A stretch of DNA of 36,135 nucleotides from Lenisia limosa (lineage: Eukaryota > Protista > Breviatea), in the NCBI GenBank assembly GCA_001655205.1, contig LPNZ01009726.1, positions 1-36,135 on the forward strand, in the 5' to 3' direction. Shown in pieces: positions 22,659 to 32,900 of the stretch. Position 1 is the first letter of the stretch. Each line of letters starts with the position of its first letter. The translations under genes and the position numbers were made by a program. The notes beneath the pieces are model-generated. The model was not told the DNA's origin. It made no database searches and saw nothing but the letters and a program-made list of their open reading frames with translations.

Positions 22659-25510
22659 TCAGGTTTCGCCAATCTAAACAGTCACTTTAACAAAACAAAA
22701 ATCGAACACCGATGGCAGCTGGGCAAACCTGGAGTGAGGGTACAGGCAAATTCTGGTTGAGTGGGTTAAATTGACTTGAATTGGGCATAATTCCTTCAGT
22801 TTCAGGCAGCGGTAACTGGGGAAACGGCTGCTCTTCTTGGAATTGCTCACCATCATCAATTGCATCAGCAACTTCCTACAGGGTCAAATAGTGTGTTGAC
22901 TTTAAAATGGTCAGGGATTATTTCACCAACAAGGTCTTTAAACTGAGTGAAATATTGTGTTTATGCTCCAACTCTGCTGATATGTATGCCAGAAGTCCCA
23001 CGAACCTTTGGGAGGTTCAGCCTTGAAACCGCGTCTTTTGCACTTTTTTGAGCGCGGTTGACCATCTGAATAAAGTCGGAGCAGTCCACACCTTGAGCGT
23101 AAGTAGAAGATTTTCCAGAGAGTAAAGGATAGGGATCCCACTGATATAAGAAAAGCCAACTCGTGAGTAGGGGAAAATATGAGAAGGTGAGACCCGCGCT
23201 GATAGATTGAAGAATGATATCATGGTACATTTGCAAAAAATAATACTCCAAACACCACCAACCAGCCTGTTGTGCGGTAATTGAGATTTGTTTGACGAGT
23301 GAAACGTCATTATAGATTGTCTTGAGGTTGTCATTGAGAGCCAAAATGGCACTTGTGGCTTTGTCCAAAACATTGACCTTTACCATTATTGGAAGAAATT
23401 TTATCGATATTAATCAGTGATTGATAAATTGAAATAATTTCCTTTGGTTTTTTCAGATAATCACCATAATCCGCACCTGTGACATTTGCGGAGGGCACGA
23501 TAAAAGGTCCTTCAAATTCTCCATTGACTGTGCCATGTTCTGCCGTCGTCGGTGCTCGCATGCGGAGTGTCTCTAATGTGGGGTTAATAACGCCCCTTTG
23601 CAACATCAGAATGACAAGATGAACCCCCAAATATACCATGTGATATATAATATTATATTAGTAACTTAACCAATCATTATCGGAGTGAAACGTAACAAGC
23701 GTGAAAGTAACATATGGATGTTAAACAACTTTTATTGTTGAAATATGAATGGGTTCATCAACATTTTCCACTTATAGAAAGAAGCACCGTCACCCTGGCA
23801 ACCTGTTTTCGTTCGTCCCCTACAACGTGAAAACAAACCGACTATGATGTGTAGAAATATGAAAAAATATAATGCGGAAGTAATAAAGGGTGTATTTTCA
23901 CAAAAGCGATAACGACTACAACTCCATGTTACCCGCATTTTATACGGCTCGTATTATACTAAAAACAACAGATAAGAAGAGACGTCATTACAAAGAAAAT
24001 CGAGTAAAACAAACATATTTATACCAGTATGAGAAGCAACCAAGTTAAACCACTCATACGGTCTTCTTCCAGAGTCCGAAACCTCTTGGTCTGTTACGTC
24101 AGAAACTGCAGAATGTGGCAGAAATAAAACGAATTGTTTTGAAAAGGTTTGAACTTATGATTCCTATTTCAGTAACATATCAGATAGTATTTATGAGATT
24201 GTTTCTAATCCGTTACATAAAACAATTTTAGGAACACAGCTTACTGGTTGACTGGGGTAGATAGCTTCAATAGTGTCAGGGTTCTAAAAAACTCAGACTC
24301 AACGGATCGGGTTTTGGGCTTCTCAACAGCATATATTTATCTATCTATTCAATCTGCTTCATTGGTCTTATTAGGTAAATAATACACATATAATATAAAA
24401 TGCGATTATATGTAACCGAAATGAAGATCTAAATCCTTCCGATATCAAAAAATACTACTTATGGTTGCTTCACTGTCTAAATGCTAATATGTGAGGATGA
24501 GTGGTATAACGTAACAAACCTGCTGATGCCCGTAAGACTGAAGCACCTGGGGGTCTAGTGTTGGCATATTGAGAGGAGGAAGGGTGTCTATCGCAGTTGG
24601 CATTGGGAGGCTCGAAGGGATCTAAAAGATGAGAGGAGAGCTTTGGTTTGGATGTTGGCACCATTATTTAATACCATCATAATCAGTTTATTGAACCAAA
24701 TAGAGCCTCAGTTATGATTATATACAGGTAGCTTCCAACCATCGGGAGTTGCAAGTGCGTGGGTTCAGGGAAAGGTCCAAGAACATTGGCAGTGTCGTGG
24801 GTTGGGTAGAAGTGTGACGATGGGAGCGGGGGGTAGGATGGGGGCATCACTTCTACAGATCATAAGGGTTGTGTATTGATGATTCAAAGCTCTATTTGTT
24901 AGGAAATTCCTTTGATTTTAAAAATGACCAGGAAAAAGCCCGAACTCAAAACCCTTTTCAGACGATGAGCCTCTTGGGCTGGGTGCTCAACACCTTCAAT
25001 GTCCAGTAACTGGGAAGGCTCATTGTTATCGGCGTTGAGCTCATTTTCCGTGAGAGGAACCTTGGATGTGATGATTGGGTGTTTGCTTAAGAAAACTCAA
25101 AACATCAAAACAAGCCGTTAAACAATACTCCTCCTTGGACCNNNNNNNNNNNNNNNNNNNNNNNNNNNNNNNNNNNNNNNNNTTGTTTTGTGTCAACGGT
25201 GGAGAAGTCATTAATGCGTTTATTCAGTGCCCCTGGTGAAGAAGAACACGCCAATCCGAGAAGCTTTTTGAGTTGTGGGGGGGGTACTGACTGTACTAAT
25301 CAGGTGGTTGACTGACTGAATTGCCGAGGAATCATTCACCCTTAAACAGGCTTCTTCTCTTCTGATTAAAACACAGAAAAAAAAAAAAAAAAAAANNNNN
25401 NNNNNNNNNNNNNNNNNNNNNNNNNNNNNNNNNNNNNNNNNNNNNNNNNGCCCTCCGAACAAGGGGTCTGCTCCGAGCCTCCCAACCACTACTTCCAATC
25501 CATCATCCAT
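22659..25510 (-). CDS. Basic helix-loop-helix transcription factor
   Basis: Exon 23572-23477 reads RHSACEHRRRQNMAQSMENLKDLLSCPPQMSQ and is spliced to VNVLDKATSAILALNDNL. This gives a basic region with H5-E9-R13, helix 1 ending in Pro, and a helix-2 VLDKA..AI..L pattern. Pro/acidic low-complexity exons flank it. The start (25510) and the 5' exons cross two gaps and are uncertain. Confidence 0.75.
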
Positions 25511-25653
25511 ATCATCAATTCACCAATTCACGCTTTTACGTTTTCCTATACTTGACCAGATTTGACCTGATATATACCTCCCTTTGCCTACTAGCACCAA
25601 CCTAGGAGGCATATGTACCTCCTCGTTTCACATTCCCATTTGGGTCTGTGAGA

Positions 25654-27509
25654 ATGGAGCGATTGATGTTTTATGATGAGTGAGATGGAGATTGACATTT
25701 GATGACAATTGCATAATCCCCAGAATAGGAGTTAAGAATCATAAGCAGTGAGGCAGGTGTAAGGGAAGGATCTGAGCTTCCACCAAATGGCACACAACAC
25801 CGCTTTACGTCGCAGCTGCAAATGGGGAAACAAAGATTTGTAAACTGCTCATTCAGCACAGAGCGCTATTGGATAATCCAATTATGGTTGGCACTTACTA
25901 TTTGTGGATTCTTTTATTGGATATATATATCATATATGATACATATATCCCCGTCCATAAAAACCATTTTTTTTTGGATAAATCGGTGCNNNNNNNNNNN
26001 NNNNNNNNNNNNNNNNNNNNNNNNNNNNNNNNNNNNNNNNNNNNNNNNNNNNNNNNNNNNNNNNNNNNNNNNNNNNNNNNNNNNNNNNNNNNNNNNNNNN
26101 NNNNNNNNNNNNNNNNNNNNNACATGAAAGCTCTGGCCATGAGTTTAGGCCATTGTTTTGGGTGAATTAGTATCATCATGTGTATCTTTTATTTCCCAAT
26201 TCGACATTCTTTTAAGTGTTACATCCGTTATCTTATAAGGACGGTACAAGTTTGCATTGGGCTTGTCGAATGGGGAGAACAGAAACGGCAAAGTACTTAT
26301 TGGGACGGAAGGCTGATGTCAATGCTGTTACTTCTTCGGTTGGCCATGATTGTTTCTGATGCTGTTGTTATGATTTATCTTCCCTATAATATCTATAGCA
26401 CGAAACTCCACTTTATTTGGCGTCTCGGTTTAGCAATTTGAACACTTGCGAACTCCTCTTAAAACATCATGCTGATGTCAATATTTTGAATTACAATGTG
26501 AGGGGGTTTGGTTCAAGCACGAGCATTACAGTGGAACTTGAGATACTACACATAATAATCACAAAAGGTTGTGATAAGAGTATCACATAATACCGCTTTA
26601 TCAAAGATGACAGTTCAGGAGAAGACACCGTTGACGAATGCCTGTGACTGTAATAATGTTGACCTTGTGAAGTTACTCTTGAAAGCAGGAGCAGAAGTGC
26701 GGGCGCAAGATAGAGATGTAGGCTTGTTAGACTATATTCAGTAACCTTCAGGGATGGAGTGCATTATTTCACGCTGCCAACAAAGGTAACGCTACTATTG
26801 TTGATATTTTATTGTCACACGGATCTTCTCAAGAGAAAGATTATCTTGTGAGCTTGGAAAGTGACTTCAATGGACTTCTAAACCCTACTAATAATACAGT
26901 ATAAGATAGGTACTATATTCTGGTAGATTTAACGATTTGTCAATGTAAACATGTTACACACCACCTTACAACTAGGGCCGAACAGCCCTACATGTCGCGT
27001 GTAAGGGAGGTTTCTTACAAGTAGCGTCACGGTTGCTTCAAGCCGGCTTCGGTATCGATGCATGTGATGACCAAGTACGATATGATAGTACACATAAACA
27101 TCTCTGTCTTATGGAGTATTAACTACAAAGTACCAGATCATATGTCAATGAAAGCCTGATTTATTTAGTACATTACCCCTTTGCTCAACGCGTGTTTCCC
27201 TGAAGATGCCTTATATAGTGATACCAGCGATATTGACGATACTGATGACTATGAGCTGGCAAGGGCTTTGGTCGACCGAAATGCCGACTTCTCAACTGAC
27301 ATGGTTTGAGGTAACGCCTTTTTGATGTGTGTATATTTTTAGTGTATGTAGTCAGCATGCAATTACATATGACACATTGACTTGCCAGTTATATATTACT
27401 TTAGGACAAATACCTCGAGTCTGATAGCTTGGTCCTGACTGCACTGTTGCTTGATATGGCGCTAGTTAATCTTGAAAGCCGCCCTTTTTGCTTGTTAGAA
27501 GAAAAATAA
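25654..27509 (+). CDS. Ankyrin-repeat protein (about 7-8 repeats)
   Basis: Exons: TTPLYVAAANGETKICKLLIQHRA; GTSLHWACRMGRTETAKYLLGRKADVNA; HETPLYLASRFSNLNTCELLLKHHADVN; EKTPLTNACDCNNVDLVKLLLKAGAEV; GWSALFHAANKGNATIVDILLSHG; GRTALHVACKGGFLQVASRLLQAGFGIDACD; YITPLLNAC. Both termini are tentative. Confidence 0.88.
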
Positions 27510-27647
27510 ATGTGAACTCTACACTTCTTGTACTGGTTGATACTTCATGATGATTACACATCCTCGGTGGGATGATCACCACATTCACTGCCTCATAGTG
27601 TTGAGAATTACTCAGGCTAAATGGACAGTAATTCAGGGGGCTATTCT

Positions 27648-29653
27648 TTAAAAATGTCGTAAATTAAAAGTAAAATTATAGTTATGGATATCGATAGTTC
27701 GAAATGTGAAAAGATTGCAATTTGGGTGACCATCTCCCACCAAAGCAGTGGCACCTTCTAATGCAAGAGCCTCAAGTCCATGTGATACCAAAACCTCGTC
27801 TAAAAGGAATCAGAATATGGGAGCATCAAAATGGTGTAAAAAATCCATTCCATAGCAATAGAATTTGTTGCCATTATAAACCTAAGATCTGCAACTCTTT
27901 GAAGAGATCAACATTAAATCTCTATCCAGTGTATTGAGGGGACACACCGTTAATGATAGAGAGACCATTAGGATCACGTAGTCGCTGGAGAACTTCATTG
28001 AACTATGGTATAAAGATACAAGTACAAAGAAAACAAATATTCAAAACACCCTGTTTTAAAGCTTGACTGTTTGACTACCCAACATACAACTTGTCTTTTA
28101 TCCACCTTCGCTTTTGGAAACTGTAAGAAATAAAAAAAAATGCAGGTACAATATTGAATAAAAAACACAGCAAAAGTCAGTAAGATCAAAGTCCGCTCAC
28201 TTTGAGTTCGAGATACGGGTGCGAGCTGTACGATGTCACATCAAAGAGCCATGACGGCACTGCTTCCGGAAGGATCAAGGCCTCCCCTTTCCAATTCTAC
28301 AATGGTCACCTCATTGATTTCGGTCCAAAAATACAGGTGAAGTAGTTTTGAATTTGGCAACATTTTAGTTTGTGATCATTGAAATCGGATATAAGCAGGC
28401 CAGGCACCTCACATCAATAAAGTCTCTTTCATCTTGAGACACTTCGTCTAAGTCTCTTGACAGCCTACAAAAAATAAGCATTTGAGCGTTCAACTTAATA
28501 GTTACTTAAAGCCTTGTTTAAAGATAAGCAAAACAATACAAGCTACCTAATAATCACCCACCGGACAAACTCAGCCCATGATGAATCGTTGTCCCAAGCC
28601 TGCAATTTGCGCAATGCTCGAATAACCAGTCCTGATGTGTGGCCGCCGTCAATACAGTGGATCAAAATAGGCGATGTTGAGGGAGTGAGAATCAGCTGGA
28701 ATATCGTAAGAACTTCAGCATGTTGTTCCATATCCATGTGTTATGATCATATCACCAAATTTCGAATCGAAATGATAAACGAAGAGTATTCGAAGGTTGA
28801 TCCCGAGTGTATCTGTATAATATTGCAGATTTCTGGTCATGATAGAGGAGATAATGCGCTGCATTGAAATTAGTTCAAACGTGTGGAAATGACAAAAAAA
28901 TTGGTATGATGGATACGAGATGAAAGAAAAGTAAGAAAACTTCAGGAAATAGCATTTATAAATCAATAAACCTACATGAAAACAAAAATATGTCATAGTT
29001 CCGTCCAAACCAACATTAATACACTTATTGAGTACGGCTGGAGTGAGAACCACATTCTCTCGCCATGGAGGGGTTTCCTCCCAAACTTGCGGGTCAGAAC
29101 AGCGTATCATATTTAATGAGGCAAAGATCAAAGTTACTACCTTTGGAAAATGCAAGATAAATATTGCCAATGTATGGTGGGTTCTATGACAAAGATGGCT
29201 GTTCATAAACTTTTTGAAAAATTACAGGAGATATCAGAAGAAACAAAATAGAAATATATATCCTTTCAAAAATGGCAAAACAAAAAAAAAACCTGTAAAA
29301 CCCACTTAAGTTTATTCCCTCTTCACTGCAGAATTTCGAGAGGTCATAGGTGGGTTCTTCAGGAATAAGCGAAATGATTGTTCGCAAATTGAGCCTAATA
29401 GGTGAAGGAGATTAATGTGGGAATGTACATACCGCCCACCCACTACTATCTTTCACAGAATTAAAGAGAATAAATAATAAATAATAAATAATAAATCATA
29501 AATCATAAATCATAAAAATAATAAATAATAAATACACAAAGTTATTGCTAATACCTACTTTTGAAGAAATGAAAATGTTGGCAGGGTTGGATAAGCGGAA
29601 GTGAAAACACCCTCAACAATATTTGTGAAGAGGAAGGGAGGATGGAGTTTCAT
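27648..29653 (-). CDS. PFA-DSP (Siw14/Oca family) phosphatase-like protein, Oca6-like, with degenerate P-loop
   Basis: MKLHPPFLFTNIVEGVFTSAYPTLPTFSFLQK|LRTIISLIPEEPTYDLSKFCSEEGINL...LILTPSTSPILIHCIDGGHTSGLVIRALRKLQAWDNDSSWAEFVR...ALILPEAVPSWLF...HPYLELK...VSHGLEALALEG. The exact stop is approximate. Confidence 0.85.
29469..29533. repeat. Intronic heptanucleotide microsatellite (A/C)ATAAAT, about 9 copies
   Basis: aataaat aataaat aataaat aataaat cataaat cataaat cataaa... in intron 1 of the phosphatase-like gene. Confidence 0.85.
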
Positions 29654-29978
29654 TGTGAAAGGGGGAAGGGGCTCAAATATCAAACTTATTATAATTGAGA
29701 GAATATAGAGTCAGATCTTCAATCAAATCGTCACATAGTCGAGATGAGACAAGGTCGAGCAGAAGGAATCACAACATTTGTTGTGCAAGATCATCAGGAT
29801 CTGCCTTTCAACATCCCTTTTTTTTCTGAATGAGTTTGTCGCGGAGTCAGTTAGTAAAGTAAGATATAGTGTAGATATCTTCAGAATCGTAGAAAAAGAG
29901 TTTGAGTTTCATTCCATTTCCTTCATCTACGTTGCCAGGGGCCTGTATTGAAGTGTTTTCGCTGCTTAATTACGGAAA

Positions 29979-32900
29979 ATGGCAGATACAGGCGTAGGGC
30001 AGCTTATTGATCGGACATTTTCTTATTGTGATTAGGGGAAGGACACTCCCATCGGTCTTATGGATGGAACAAGCGTAGATGTGAAGTTAGACGATGAAAC
30101 GACTGCAGCGGAACTCCAGTTTGCGGCTTTCCGCCTTCATTCTAAATCTATTCTTCCATTCTCTGTTCAAAGCAAGGATGATTGTTCCAACTTGCTTTTG
30201 TTTTTATCAATAGTTAAGTGGATAAAGTTCATTCGGCATATATTATAAACCTTGAAAGGCAATTCATATTATTTCATCCGAAGCGAACTCTCCTCCTTCT
30301 ACTTAACACCCCACAGAATGAAAGTCTGTGAGTTGCTTCGCCTCAACCCTGACTCGAGGCCTTACTTCCAAATATGGGTCCAAGATGCTGAGCGAAGTGA
30401 GTGGAACCCGAGTGGAACCGCTTCTTCCGCTGCTAATCTTTTGAGTTCCCTTTTGGATTTCAGTTTCTTCGCTTCCTTGACCACCCAGACTTTGAGCAGC
30501 CGTTTGTTCCTGGAGCCAATGTCAACAGAATACTTGAATTGAGTAGGTAGAGGGCTATGATTGTATTTTTGGACGATGATCCTATGGAAGGGGGCATTTC
30601 CGTAATACATGGTAACATGGTGGTAATATCGACCTGATTCTACTCATTCTTATCCGGTTCACCCCTTTCAGAGGATGGCGAGTACTCGCTCATGTTTCGG
30701 GTTGCTGCTGCGGCGTACCATTCAGTTGGGGGATGGATCAAGAGTAGTATTAGTGTTTTTTTTTTTAAAGTGTATTTTACTGTGATAAAAATTCCTTTCA
30801 ATTTCGATTTGGCCGGTTTCAAGTCGTTTTGACCCATATAGCACTACCGCTCCTCCAGTGACCAAACTGCTGTTAGACTGATGCAGTGCGAAGCGGCATG
30901 GAACGTCTTGAAGTGGGAGAGGGGAGGGAGGGTCTATCTCTGGTACTTTGTTGTTACCGTCTCTCCTCTTCCGAATTGAGCATTTGATACTCCAGTGGTC
31001 GCTACATTGTCAACGAGGAGACCAGCATCTGTCTCAGTGCCCTCCTCTGCTGTCTTGCCAGAACCGACATTTTCCTGAAGGAGGACGAACTCGCCGGACT
31101 GATTAAGTATGGGAAAAGAATTTGCTCCGTTGCTGTCACTCATTATCCTAATCGTCTTGAAGGTGTTCTTACTCTCTATTCTTATTCAGCCTGGAGATAT
31201 AATACGCAAGCCGCTTTTCTCATTTCTATCTTAATCTTAATATCCCAGCCAAAAGCCTGATGCCTATATACCCAAGAACGTCAACGTTAAGACCCGCAAG
31301 CCCCAGAGATGGGCTGCCACTATCTACAACAAATACTCGGTAGGGGATGGTACTCTTTTTTCTATTTCATGAAAATGCCCTGTTTTTGGAAGTTAAACTC
31401 ATTACCGTGATTTTCGTCTTCGAATGAGTTCCAAGACTAACCCACATTCAGGAATACCGGCGGAAGTCTGGAACCAGCACACATCTCTGGAGGGCCCAGT
31501 TCCTCAAGATCTGCAAGAGCCTCTTCTTCTACGGCTCAGGTCTGGGAATGGGCGATTATTATTGGTATAATTGCGAATTGGTTGTAGTGCAGACAGCTTC
31601 ACAATATTGGTCGATATTGCAAGAATATACTACCAAATATTTACAATATGTTTTTTGTAAAAATTTTTTTTGTAATATTCACAAAAACAATATAATCAGA
31701 AAGTGAATCCCCGGTTTTAACTTTTTACTTTCTTTACGGATGAAAGGAAGCCTATTGACACTGCAGTGTTCATGGACGCGAAGGTCTCCACCAAGGACCG
31801 CCTTATCACGCGCACCATTCCCACCATGGTGGCCATCAACCATAAGGGCATTTTCTCTTTCAAGCAAGGAGTAAGGGGGAGGGGTGTCGGCTCTTTCCTT
31901 TGGTTGGGATAGTTTGGTAGTTATAATCGTTAGCATTTTTCAGCATTTTGGAGTTTTCACGAGTGACTCATTCTAGGTTATTGCACGACAATTCCCTCTC
32001 AGGAAGACTGACATTCGCCCTCGTGTTGCTGAAAACGGTGGTATGTGGGATACTTAATCTCTATGTCCTCAGGTTACTCTTCCTTCCTCCTGATACTTTT
32101 TTTTTTTGTTTGGCCTTCTCACCAGTAATGTTTCGAAGGGTGTTTTTATTTTATGTAAACCTCACAATGCAGACTTTGTGTTCAATGTGAAGTTAAAGGA
32201 AGGTATTGACCTCAACATCGACAAACGTCTCTTACGCGACATTGAGTGGACTTTCGACCACCGCCGAGGCGCCCTCTTCAAGGTCCGTAGTTTGTTTCGA
32301 TCTGTATTGAATGATATGAGTCAAATAGTCTTCCTGCCTTCTCCAAACTCAAAATGATACGGCGGCTGTGTATCATTTATGACCCCGTTTCTATCCCCTT
32401 TGACTCTGTCACCCCTCAGCTGCTGATCAAGTCCAACCTGAAGGTTGTTAGTCAAGCTGAGCGAGCCAAGCGTCACGGACAGCCCCACAAGGTCCCAGCC
32501 TCCGTGTTTACAATGCAGGTATGCTGGCGGTCGTTCGCCGAGTAGGATGGAAATTGTTAGTTAAACAAAGGATTATTATCATTTTCTTTCTTTTTCATGT
32601 TCTAATTGCTACACCCCAAATTTTCTATGTAATGCGTTACTGTAACAGGACGATATGGACGAAGCCGTAAGCAAATCTGCAGCCGCGCGTCTCTCACGCC
32701 AAACTGGCACACCCGCACCCGGTTAGTCTTTTTCTTCTTCCCAATATTCAACAAAACACTATTTGTGTCTGAGGCCATCCATCACAGTTGACTAACCACT
32801 GCAGCGGAGCCCGCACAGCCCTCTGACAACAACAACGACACTCCAATTGCTCATGGTGAAAGGGGGTTTTTGTTGTAATGATAAAACATGACACCCCCAC

